64,000 nucleotides of DNA from a virus (taxonomy: Duplodnaviria > Caudoviricetes): the IMG/VR virus record IMGVR_UViG_3300032237_000764, positions 32,168 to 96,167 of that record; one strand, written 5' to 3'. The position numbers and the translations under genes were made by a program. The notes beneath the pieces were generated by a model. It made no database searches, was not told the origin of the DNA, and saw nothing but the letters and a program-made list of their open reading frames with translations. Positions 41,295 through 51,600 of this stretch are shown here, in pieces (positions within the stretch are counted from its first letter, which is position 1; every line of letters starts with the position of its first letter).

Positions 41295-41987
41295 ATGAAT
41301 GTTTTAAACAAATATTTTGATAAAATTTATGTTATTACAGCGAAACAACACCAAAATAGAATATGTTATATAAAAAAATTATTTAAAAATGAAAATATTA
41401 TTTTTGATTTTCATTATGCCGTTGATGTGGATTATTTAAATAAACAAATATTAAAAGATTATGTTGAGTATATAGAAAGCATTAATAATTCCCCAGTTGT
41501 TCCTCCATCAATGTATTGTATTAGTGCGACTATTTCACATTTACAAATATTAAATAGCTTTAAATATTCTGATTATTCTAACGTTTTAATTTTTGAAGAT
41601 GATGTATACTTTGCAGATAATTATCAAGAAAAACTAGAGCTTTTTATAAATAATGTTCCAAATGATTGGGATATTTTGAATCTTGGTCAAAATTATACAT
41701 TTAAACAAAATCAAGTTTCATTTTTGTCTGAGCATGTTAATATTTTAAAAAATATGTATGGTGTTCATTCATATGCATTTTCAAAAAATAAAATCAATCA
41801 CTTTTGTAATAAATTTAATAATACAATATATTTGCCATACGCACTTGATTCGCTACTGATTCAATCCTATCAAACTGATTATAAAGCATATGCTCCTTCC
41901 AATTTTTTAATTGGCGCATTAAGCGAGCACAATCAAGATAAAAATTTTATTAAAACAAACGAATGTTTTCCTAGCCTTATAAGTTAG
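41295..41987 (+). CDS. GT25-like glycosyltransferase
   Basis: FDKIYVI, SHL, LIFEDDV, DWDILNLG. Confidence 0.78.
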   Translation: MNVLNKYFDKIYVITAKQHQNRICYIKKLFKNENIIFDFHYAVDVDYLNKQILKDYVEYIESINNSPVVPPSMYCISATISHLQILNSFKYSDYSNVLIFEDDVYFADNYQEKLELFINNVPNDWDILNLGQNYTFKQNQVSFLSEHVNILKNMYGVHSYAFSKNKINHFCNKFNNTIYLPYALDSLLIQSYQTDYKAYAPSNFLIGALSEHNQDKNFIKTNECFPSLIS

Positions 41988-42045
41988 TTATATTTTTACA
42001 ATTAAATAAATATGATTTACTCCGGAACAAAATATATTTATATAC

Positions 42046-42570
42046 ATGCCAAAATTAAAAGAAAACGAAATGGGTGATAGAATGATGACAGGCTTGCCTT
42101 ATTCACAAGGTGGTGGATTGGGTACTACTGGTGTAGATACTATTAGCAGTCCAGATATCAGTCAAAGTCCTAAAAAGTTTAAATATCCACAAACCGCTGC
42201 AAGTGCAAGTGATATTACCACCCCTCCCCCCGACGATTATGAAAACAAAGCCATGCAAGATCGTCAAGATTTTGAAAGTGATGTAGATGCGATTAAAAAT
42301 GTCGTAACACCAGATGAAGTATTGGCGGGTATGCAATATTGCTTAAAAAAGATGGTTTTTAAACGCAAAGATGTTGCAAAACAAATTGTAGTTGCGTGTC
42401 TTAAAAAAGATCCAAAATACTTCAGCAAGTTAAAAATGCTGAATATAGATGACAATGAAATAAATGAAATGTTATTAGAAAATGAAGAATATTATACTTC
42501 ACAAAAAAGGGAAATAATTAAAATTTTTCGAAAAATGGAGAATAATAAAAGATTAAAAAGAAATTTTTAA
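42046..42570 (+). CDS. Hypothetical protein, probable virion-internal protein (DUF5661-like helix)
   Basis: DEVLAGMQY..AKQIV..LKKDPKYFSKL; ATATTTATA motif upstream. Confidence 0.55.
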   Translation: MPKLKENEMGDRMMTGLPYSQGGGLGTTGVDTISSPDISQSPKKFKYPQTAASASDITTPPPDDYENKAMQDRQDFESDVDAIKNVVTPDEVLAGMQYCLKKMVFKRKDVAKQIVVACLKKDPKYFSKLKMLNIDDNEINEMLLENEEYYTSQKREIIKIFRKMENNKRLKRNF

Positions 42571-42643
42571 AATATAAATATATAAAATACAATAAAAAAT
42601 TTAAAATTTATCTGGTCTATTATTTATATTTATATTTATATAC

Positions 42644-44554
42644 ATGAAAATAACCGGCAAGCATCCTACTAAACTTAACGATCCTATAATTAAACATCCT
42701 GCGATGCACGGAAAACGATGGGCGGTTGATTATGCATATGGACCACATACGAGTTTTAAAAAATTATCTAAAAGTCAAATAGATGAATTTGGAGTTGACA
42801 ATATGGATACACAAACTGATACCAAGCACAATGATGTAGACATTGGCTACAATGAATTTTATGAAGATTTGAAATTTGCTAACAAACTAACAGGTGGAGT
42901 TGGCGATGCAACTGCTGCACACAATGTTGATCCGATTGAATTGTCGCTGGGTCAGACCATTGAAATGGAACATACCACAGATCCCAATATTGCTACGGAA
43001 ATTGCATTGGATCATTTGAGTGAATATCCAAAATATTATACCAATCTCAAAAAAGCCGGATTGGCAAAAGAATTAGATTCTGTTAATGTGTCATCAGGAT
43101 TTGGTGATCCTGATCATCCAATTAATGATAAAAAACGATTAGGATCTGATATTACGTGTACTGCTGGAAACAATACTGTGGGTAAAATTGGCAATACACC
43201 AGACGGTCACATTGAAGGATTTAGCGATCAAACTTCTGTTATTAAAAAAAATTTAAACACTATGCATAATAATACTAATGATTTTACCGTGGATGTTGAT
43301 GTCGAAGAGCCTTCTCTAGAAGAAGATCGGTGTTATGACAAAGCAGTGAAAGCATATGGTCCAAAAACATCTGCATATCGTTCTGGTGCTATGGTTAAAT
43401 GTAGACAGGGAAAGATTTGGAAAAAAACTGATGAAGAAATTGAACAAATTAAAAAAGAATTAGAAGAAGATTTTTCAAAAGAAAAAAAACAAGGATTGCA
43501 CGGATGGTTTGCTCGTCGCGGTGGCGAAGGCGGCAAAGGTTGGGTAGATTGTAATACATGCCGTACTAATAACGAAACAGGACAAAAAACATGTAAAGCA
43601 TGTGGCAGACAAACAGGAGAAAAGCGCAGTAAATATCCCGCATGCAGACCAACTCCCGGTCAATGCAACAAAACAGGGACCAGTCGTAAAAAAGGACCAA
43701 GTGCAGTTTCGTGGAAGAAAAAAATAAAAGAAAACGCAGAAACAGCTCAAAGCGATCTAACAAAAATTATAGATTATGCCGGTAAGTTACAAACTGTGTT
43801 TGGCGTAGATGATCGCCTTGAAGACTGGGTAAAGGCAAAATTGAACAGTGCATGTGACTATGTTGCAACTGTGAAAGATTATTTAAAATTTTATAACACC
43901 AATCAAAACTCGGATATAAAAGAATTTGATAATAGCGTTGCTGTTGGTGTATTAAAACAGTTGCATAGCGATGCAACTGAAATAAATAATATAATAACTG
44001 CTGAAACCGAATTAGAAGATTGGGTAAAGTCAAAATTAAATATTGCAGGAGATTATTTGGACGATGTTTATCATTATTTACGTCATTTCGGCACAGGTGG
44101 AGAAAAATATAAAACATCATTAAAAGAAATATCGAGTTCTGGTAATATTACTGGGCAAATTCCAGTCAGTACGGTGTCTTCTACGAAACAGACCGCTGCA
44201 AACCAAGCAACTGTTGCAGTTCCCAAAGCAGCAACTGTTGTAGCGCCCAAAGCAGCAACTGTTGTAGCGCCCAAAGGAGCAACTTCTAAAGGAGGAGCAG
44301 CTTCTAAAGGAGGAGCAGCTTCTAAAGGAGGAGCAGCTTCTAAAGGAGGAGCAACTTCTAAGAGTAACACTGGTTATAAAATATCTGATGGTGCGATAGA
44401 AGGCAGTGGAGAAGAAACACCGGATGAACGTCCATATGACTTTTTTCAATACAAAAAAGACAATGCTAAATTAAAACCCGGAAACACAATTAAAAATACT
44501 GGACGAGTATCATTGTCTGAGCTTGCTAAACAAATCATAAACAATCAAAAATAA
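42644..44554 (+). CDS. Modular probable capsid-internal protein (DUF5661-like and other small phage domains)
   Basis: EMEHTTD..EIALDHL..YY; SAYRSGAMVKCR; GWVDC..CGR..KYPACRP; LEDWVKxKL helix occurs twice. Confidence 0.65.
   Translation: MKITGKHPTKLNDPIIKHPAMHGKRWAVDYAYGPHTSFKKLSKSQIDEFGVDNMDTQTDTKHNDVDIGYNEFYEDLKFANKLTGGVGDATAAHNVDPIELSLGQTIEMEHTTDPNIATEIALDHLSEYPKYYTNLKKAGLAKELDSVNVSSGFGDPDHPINDKKRLGSDITCTAGNNTVGKIGNTPDGHIEGFSDQTSVIKKNLNTMHNNTNDFTVDVDVEEPSLEEDRCYDKAVKAYGPKTSAYRSGAMVKCRQGKIWKKTDEEIEQIKKELEEDFSKEKKQGLHGWFARRGGEGGKGWVDCNTCRTNNETGQKTCKACGRQTGEKRSKYPACRPTPGQCNKTGTSRKKGPSAVSWKKKIKENAETAQSDLTKIIDYAGKLQTVFGVDDRLEDWVKAKLNSACDYVATVKDYLKFYNTNQNSDIKEFDNSVAVGVLKQLHSDATEINNIITAETELEDWVKSKLNIAGDYLDDVYHYLRHFGTGGEKYKTSLKEISSSGNITGQIPVSTVSSTKQTAANQATVAVPKAATVVAPKAATVVAPKGATSKGGAASKGGAASKGGAASKGGATSKSNTGYKISDGAIEGSGEETPDERPYDFFQYKKDNAKLKPGNTIKNTGRVSLSELAKQIINNQK
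44207..44362 (+). repeat. Coding tandem repeats: 3 x 24 bp (ATVVAPKA) and about 4.7 x 18 bp (AASKGG)
   Basis: Units gcaactgttgtagcgcccaaagca and gcagcttctaaaggagga. Confidence 0.92.
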
Positions 44555-44735
44555 TACTGTATATGAGATGTAATATTAATCACCGAAATACCGTATAATA
44601 AATATTGTTTATTTGCCTATTTATTTTATATTCGGAGCATTTGTGATTTACGAACATTAAAATAAATTGCATTGTATTTATTATATGTTAAAATATACGT
44701 TGTATAGTAAATAACACTATACTTATTAGTAAGTT

Positions 44736-45035
44736 ATGAAATTTTATATAGTAGACACAACATTAAGCAAATCACCGGTATATTATAATACACTCGGTGA
44801 AGTCATAAAACATTTGGAGGGTACTGTGCAAAGAAAGTTTAAACAGACTCGACAAAATTATATGCAAAATCTTATTGAGTTGGGACACGGCTCAGATGAT
44901 CCGAATGGAAAGACGTTTGTAGAATCACTCACTAAATATTTTGATATCGGTGTTGTAAAACAATTGCGACATGTTAAATGTAATATTCATGAAGTAGCAC
45001 AATATTCAAATTATCGCAGTGAAATGGGAGATTAA
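44736..45035 (+). CDS. Hypothetical protein
   Basis: 99-aa ORF with TATACTTAT motif upstream. Confidence 0.65.
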   Translation: MKFYIVDTTLSKSPVYYNTLGEVIKHLEGTVQRKFKQTRQNYMQNLIELGHGSDDPNGKTFVESLTKYFDIGVVKQLRHVKCNIHEVAQYSNYRSEMGD

Positions 45036-45047
45036 TATAGTTTTATT

Positions 45048-46661
45048 ATGGATCCGTTAAATGTTAACTGGGGAAAACCATATAAAACTGATAGCATCTG
45101 GCAGCGCGACTGGCTAATTCCTCAAGAGCTTAGATTTAATTTCTTCAATTATTGGAAGAAAAACAGTTTTTCTTTGAAAGCACAGGGTTATAGTGTTGCG
45201 AAAAAAAATGGCGAATGGGTATTAATCGAATCGAAAGCTAGAAAAGTATTATTCGATGCTTCGGTAGATGTTGGTATCAAACAAGCAGAATCGCTGGAAA
45301 TTTTTCCATTAACAGATACATCAGGATTGCGTCCTTGGCAAATAGCTGCTGCCGAAAAATTATGTGCTTCTATTAAAAAATGGGGAGCGGCAATCGATGG
45401 TAGCGATCTGGGTATAGGCAAAACTTACACTGCGTGTGGAGTAGTTAGAGAATTAAACATGCAATTATTGGTGGTGTGTCCAAAGGCAGTGTTGGAATCA
45501 TGGCGGCGAGTAATCGTCGATCATTTTAAAATGAAAGATAAGTTGATAGGTATTATCAATTATGAAATGCTTCGAACTGGAAGAAAAGATAGTCCTTATG
45601 TAAGTTATGTAAAACGACGCGAAACACGTAGAAAAGAATTTGTGTGGAAGATTCCTAAAAACACATTGATTATATGGGATGAAAGTCAAAAATTAAAAGG
45701 TGCCAAGACAAAAAACAGTGAAACTTGCACGGCGGCTTTGAATCAGGGATATAAAATGTTATTTTGTAGTGCTACCAATGCTACAAATCCACTGGAGTTA
45801 AAAACTGTTGGATCTGCGTTGAAATTATTTAATAACAACACGCAATATTATAGTTGGTTGTATGAACATGGTGTTACCAAAGGACGCTTTGGTTTGGAAT
45901 TTACAGGTGGAAAAGAACATTTAGTCAAATTAAACAAAGACATCTTTATTAGTAGAGGAGTTCGACTGAGTCGTGATACTATTCCTAATTTTCCAGAAAG
46001 TCAACTCAGTGCAGATTGTTATGATATGGAAGAAGAAGCTCAGAAAAAAATCAATAAGATTTATTCTGAAATGGAAAGCGAACTTAAAAAGTTACGTAAC
46101 AAAGTAAAAAAAGAACGCAATACAAATCAGCTAACTGCAATATTGCGAGCAAGACAAGAAATAGAATTGGTTAAAGTACCATTGTTTCTTGAAATGATTG
46201 AAGAAGGATTGGAAAATGGTATGAGCGTGGTCGTGTTCTGTAATTTTACAGAAACTATACATGCACTTGCCGAACGATTAAATACACAATGTATTGTAAA
46301 TGGCGAAGCAAAATATGCAAAAGTTCGCCAGCAAAACATAGATGACTTTCAAAATGATAAAGAACGAGTAATATTAGTTAATATTGCTGCCGGTGGTGCC
46401 GGACTTTCTTTACATGATGTTACAGGTAAATATCCTAGATTAGCAATTATTGCACCTTCTTATTCGGCAGTGTTGATGCGTCAATCCACAGGCAGAGTAT
46501 GGCGTGATAGTGCCAAGACTAAAAGTGTTCAAAAAATTGTATTTGTTGCCAACACTGTTGAAGAAAGGGTATGTGAAAGTGTAAACAAAAAATTAGAAAA
46601 TATGGATACGTTAAACGACGGAGATCTTAAATATGATGATGAAACAAATAACAGTAACTAG
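45048..46661 (+). CDS. SF2 (SNF2-like) helicase
   Basis: LRPWQ, GIGKT, WDESQ, SAT, AGGAGLSL, QSTGRVWR. Confidence 0.9.
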   Translation: MDPLNVNWGKPYKTDSIWQRDWLIPQELRFNFFNYWKKNSFSLKAQGYSVAKKNGEWVLIESKARKVLFDASVDVGIKQAESLEIFPLTDTSGLRPWQIAAAEKLCASIKKWGAAIDGSDLGIGKTYTACGVVRELNMQLLVVCPKAVLESWRRVIVDHFKMKDKLIGIINYEMLRTGRKDSPYVSYVKRRETRRKEFVWKIPKNTLIIWDESQKLKGAKTKNSETCTAALNQGYKMLFCSATNATNPLELKTVGSALKLFNNNTQYYSWLYEHGVTKGRFGLEFTGGKEHLVKLNKDIFISRGVRLSRDTIPNFPESQLSADCYDMEEEAQKKINKIYSEMESELKKLRNKVKKERNTNQLTAILRARQEIELVKVPLFLEMIEEGLENGMSVVVFCNFTETIHALAERLNTQCIVNGEAKYAKVRQQNIDDFQNDKERVILVNIAAGGAGLSLHDVTGKYPRLAIIAPSYSAVLMRQSTGRVWRDSAKTKSVQKIVFVANTVEERVCESVNKKLENMDTLNDGDLKYDDETNNSN

Positions 46662-46953
46662 CTGCGATTGGAAAAAAACAATTAAAATAGACGCCGATCT
46701 TTTTGATGATATATATGCAGAAGCATGCACACAAATAATTGAACAAATGGCGAAAGAAAAACAAATACGTGTGGCTGCTGGAATGATATGTTGGAGCGGC
46801 AATAAATCTGACAAAAAATTAATTACATATAATAGCTATAAGATATTAATAAACGCAGGTTTACATAAACAGGCTGCGTTTTTACGTAAAACTCTTTATA
46901 AACGAACAAATATAGATTGGGCAGTAGAGCCAATTAAAAGTAAATATGAATGA
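46633..46953 (+). CDS. Hypothetical protein
   Basis: Coupled 106-aa ORF. Confidence 0.6.
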   Translation: MMMKQITVTSCDWKKTIKIDADLFDDIYAEACTQIIEQMAKEKQIRVAAGMICWSGNKSDKKLITYNSYKILINAGLHKQAAFLRKTLYKRTNIDWAVEPIKSKYE

Positions 46954-47728
46954 ATCAAATATTGATGTTACTGCGCTGTTGTTTCGGTTGCAGGAAATGG
47001 AAAGTAAAATCAAAGAGTTTGAACAAATCAAACGCGACGTAAAAGACATTAAAGAGTTGACAAATGTTGGTTCTGATATAGCATCAGAAATTCAGAAAGA
47101 AATTGTTGCTGAAGTGGAAGCGTTGAAACAACAAGATATTAAAATTCCATTTTTAGAAAAACAAGCTGAAGAATTTTCATTTAAACCGCGTAATTTACTT
47201 GGAAAAGCGGCAAAACCTTTATTAGAGTCAGAAATATTAGAAGTTCAAAAACGTACCAATAGTGCTAGACAGGCAGCAAAAAGATTGGGTGTTAGTTATC
47301 CTACATATAAAAAATACTGTAAGATGTATAACATTTTCAAGGTTCGTGATCAAACACAAAAACGACCAGATGTTGCTCCTGTGAATCCATATAAAGGAAA
47401 ATATCCAATTACAAAAATTCTTAACAACCAATTTCCAAACTTTCCAATTCATCGATTAAAAGATAAATTAGTACGCGCTGGTATCAAAAAGAGTGAATGT
47501 GAACAATGCGGATTTAGTGAACGCCGTATTACAGATGGAAAAATACCACTGTTATTAAATTTTGAAGATGGAGACAGATACAATCACAAACTTGAAAATT
47601 TAAAAATACTTTGTTATAATTGTACATTTGTATCTGGTCGGGGATATATTAAAAGAGGAACTGTTCATTTCAATATGGATCCGGATATTTTACAAGGAGC
47701 AAAATTTCCAATTAAAGCACGGTTTTAA
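46946..47728 (+). CDS. HTH plus HNH-like Zn-binding protein
   Basis: SARQAAKRLGVSYPTYKKY; CEQC..DGD..N..LENLKILCYNC. Confidence 0.7.
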   Translation: MNESNIDVTALLFRLQEMESKIKEFEQIKRDVKDIKELTNVGSDIASEIQKEIVAEVEALKQQDIKIPFLEKQAEEFSFKPRNLLGKAAKPLLESEILEVQKRTNSARQAAKRLGVSYPTYKKYCKMYNIFKVRDQTQKRPDVAPVNPYKGKYPITKILNNQFPNFPIHRLKDKLVRAGIKKSECEQCGFSERRITDGKIPLLLNFEDGDRYNHKLENLKILCYNCTFVSGRGYIKRGTVHFNMDPDILQGAKFPIKARF

Positions 47729-47753
47729 ATACTTTATATAAATATTTATAATT

Positions 47754-48230
47754 ATGAGTACTGAATTCAATCATTTAATTGCAATGCATGGTGTTTTAAC
47801 ATCATTTAGTATTGCTCGCAAAGTGTCAAAAAAAGACATACAAGAAATAACTAAAAAAATTAAAAAGAAATGTAAAAATAAGGATGAATTCAATGAGATG
47901 TTGCAAAATGAAGTATTGAAAACAACAAAGTATTCAATGAATCAAGACTTGATTCCGGGTTTAATATTGCCCGGCAAAAATAACAATCAACTGGATAGAA
48001 AAGAATTGGCAGATGAAAAGAAAATGATGAAATTAAATTATATTGCCAATATTATTGCCAAGAAATTAATGGATAATAAGTTGTCAAAAGATGAAATTTG
48101 TTATATCATATTGACTCTATTGAGTTCGCTTGGATTGCATGATCAAGATTTTAAAAACTTTAATAATAAATATGGAAATCCTGATGAAAATATTGATGAC
48201 GAAGACGACGACGACACTGATTTTAATTAA
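47754..48230 (+). CDS. Hypothetical protein with acidic tail
   Basis: 158-aa ORF with ATATTTATA motif upstream. Confidence 0.6.
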   Translation: MSTEFNHLIAMHGVLTSFSIARKVSKKDIQEITKKIKKKCKNKDEFNEMLQNEVLKTTKYSMNQDLIPGLILPGKNNNQLDRKELADEKKMMKLNYIANIIAKKLMDNKLSKDEICYIILTLLSSLGLHDQDFKNFNNKYGNPDENIDDEDDDDTDFN

Positions 48231-48616
48231 TAAAAATATAACCGAATATTGTCAAATTGATCCACAATTGCAATACCCTTATATTGCCATTTCTCTTTTT
48301 TGGCAATGTTCATTAAATTTTTAAAACTTTCTTCTTTTTTGTCCAATATTATTATCATTCCCGTTACATCAGTATCATCAGTTTCTTTACTTTCTATATT
48401 TTTGGTATTATTTTGTTTTAATGAATCGATAAATAATTTAAATTTCTCATTATTTTTATAAAAATTTAATACTTTTTCAATTGATTTGTTGACGCCTTCC
48501 ACTGAAACATTTTGCATGATGGTTAAACAAGCAGAATATAATCCGGGAAATTCTTTTATAATCTGATTATAAATAAGTTTATCTTCTAATAATCGAATTA
48601 AAATATCTTGGTTCAT
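48227..48616 (-). CDS. Hypothetical protein
   Basis: 129-aa ORF. Confidence 0.55.
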   Translation of the reverse strand: MNQDILIRLLEDKLIYNQIIKEFPGLYSACLTIMQNVSVEGVNKSIEKVLNFYKNNEKFKLFIDSLKQNNTKNIESKETDDTDVTGMIIILDKKEESFKNLMNIAKKEKWQYKGIAIVDQFDNIRLYFY

Positions 48617-48687
48617 ATAACATATACATATATACTAAAAACAACATCTGAATTTTTATATGATTCCCGCCGTAATTATAAAAAAAT

Positions 48688-51600
48688 ATGAATATTTTAA
48701 ACATTTCTGACGCAGCATCGTTGATTAATAACCGCAATGTAGTTTTTATCACAGGAGTAACAGGCCAAGATGGTAGTTATATGGTCGATTATTTATTAAA
48801 AAATACCGATTATATGATTTTTGGAGGTGTTCGACGATTGAGTGTACCAAATCATGCAAATTTAAAAAATGTTGATTGGAGTAAAAATCGCTTTGCATTG
48901 GTCAATTTTGATCTTAGTGATGCCCATGCAATTAATGCAATTGTAAAAGAATTAAAACCGGATTTTTTTATTAATCTTGCTGCACAAACATTTGTTGGTA
49001 GTAGTTGGGATTTTCCTGCCCAAACATGGGAATACAATACAACTGGAGTTATTCACATTTTAGAGGCTATTCGTCAGCACAAACCCATATGTCGATTTTA
49101 CAATGCTGGATGTCATTCGTCAGACACCAGAGTTTTAACACCAAATGGACTTAAAAATTATAAAGAAATGAAAACTGGTGATTTAGTATATAGCCTAAAT
49201 CCAAAAAATAAAAATTTGGAGTTGAAGAAAATTACAAAGTTATTTGAATATGATTATAACGGTGAATTGTTTGAATTCAAACAGGGAGGACTATTGGTTA
49301 CTCCAAATCATAAGATGTTTTATAAAACTAAAAGTAACAATATACTGGTAAAAAATGCCGAAGATTTTATAAAACTAGCAGATGTTAAATATCCTACGAA
49401 TAACCCATGTAAAGGAAATATGCTGGATGAAATTACAGATTTATCAAATTTTATTCCTATTCAAAAGAAAAAAGGCAATAAAAATTACGGAAATCATGTA
49501 ACGAAAATTAATACATATGATTTGATGTATTTGATCGGGATTTATATCGGAGACGGATCTTGTAGAATAATGAAGAAAAAGAAAAAAGTAACAAGTCTTT
49601 TGGAAACAAGAATACGTAATGGAATTGGTCAGTATGTTTCTGATAACAATGCTGTAGAATTTGAAGTCGAATATCAATGTCCACAGACAATAATAGATAT
49701 TCCTCCTACAGACGTTTGCTTTGCAAAAGTTATAAAAACCCTAGAAATAAATAACATTAAATGGAAATTGTATGGAAAATGCGACATTACAATGCATCAA
49801 TGGGGACTCGTTTCTTATTTTTCAGAATGTGGAAATTCCGCTGTTCAAAAACATATTCCTTCTTGGATTTTTGATTTGGACAGTTCTTATCAATTAAAAG
49901 TATTAGAAGGAATTAGAGACAGTGATGGTGATGATAGAGATGTCATATCAACTGTATCTCCACAATTGCAATTTGATTTGTTAAAACTTCACATTAATTG
50001 TGGAATTATGCCTACGTTTGGAGAAAGACCTCCGAGAACGTCTGTTCTAAAAGACGGAAGACAAATAAAAGGAAATTATCCCGAAAGATGGATACATGGA
50101 TTAAAAGAAAACATTGGATATCAACGTGGAAATTATAAAAAAATAAATTATACTGGAAAGGTGTGGTGTTTTGAAGTCGAGGACAATCATAACTTTATCG
50201 TAGAAAGATGTGGAAAACTTACTTTTAGCGGAAATTCTTCGGAAGAATATGGTAATGTTGAATATACTCCACAAGATGAAACGCATCCATCAAAACCACG
50301 TAGTCCATATGGAGCAAGCAAAGCTGCTGCACGTCAATTGGTAAAGGTATATCGTGAAAGTTACAATTTGTATGCGGTACAAGGATTATTATTCAATCAC
50401 GAATGTTTAACCGAAAACACTCCGATATTGATAAAATATATAAATACAGGATTAGTTGACATCAAATCCATAAGTGAACTGGTACCCCATCGTAAAAATC
50501 CAAAAAAAGGAAAAAAATATACAACGATAAATTCTCCGGATTTTTTGGTTTGGGATGGCGGGAAATGGTCAAGAGTATTAACTCGCACTGCAACTTGGAA
50601 TGATTCTACGGAAAAACATGATAAAAAAATAAAGCAAATAGAATGTCGAGGAACTTATTACGAAGCGACCGCCGATCATATATCATTTTTGAAAGGAGAA
50701 ATTGAAATTAAAACAGAGAATATTGTGACTGGTTCTAAATTAGAGTTAAAACCTCTTCCGGATTTAAATCCGCTGCGCGTTTTAACACAGGAGGAGGCTG
50801 AATTTTTGGGCATGATGGTTGCCGAAGGATGTGTCAAAAAATCTACTGGAACAATCGTCAATAAAAACAAAAATTTCATCGACCGGGCAAGTTATCTATG
50901 GAAAAAAATAACAAACGGATATACCAACATATCGTTTACCGAAAGCGGATTTAAAAAAGGAAATTATTCATATTGTTTGAATCTTCGTGGAGACATATCA
51001 TATCTCGATTACATAAGAGATGAAATTTATACATTTAATAAATTTAAAAGAATTCCGCTTAAAATTTTAAATTCTGATAAATCAACTATATTGGCATTTT
51101 TACGAGGATATAACGCGGGAGACGGTACAAAAACATGTAATCAAAACAGCGAATTTCAATGTTTTACAACAAACTCGCAGGTTTTGGCGGCTGGACTATG
51201 GTGGATTTGTGACAAAGTTTTAAACATCAGAACTATATTAAACGTTGAAAATAGAGGAAAATACAAATATTTTAGAATTAATTTAAATGTTGAAAATTCA
51301 AATAAAGGAAACCATTTGATCAAACCACTAGATGAAGTAAAAAATAAAACAGATATTAATTATGATGGATGGTTGTTTGATTTAGAAACTGAGTCCGGAA
51401 CGTTTTCCGCAGGAATTGGATTTGGATGGGTTCACAATAGCCCTCGTCGCGGAGAAGAATTTGTAACTCGTAAAATTACAAAAGGAGTCGCACATATCAA
51501 AAAAGCATTGATAGAAGGCAAACCGTTTAATAGTATTGAACTTGGCAATGTATATGCAAAACGAGATTGGAGTGATGCAGAAGATTTTGTTGATGCAATT

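Noticed and set aside
44207-44362. CRISPR array
   Set aside because: Units are adjacent in-frame coding repeats with no unique spacers. The same applies to the repeat at 63897-64000.
44555-44735. tRNA or structured ncRNA in the larger intergenic gaps (also 26118-26285)
   Set aside because: No cloverleaf, T-loop motif or convincing extended pairing was seen; the gaps look like AT-rich promoter regions.
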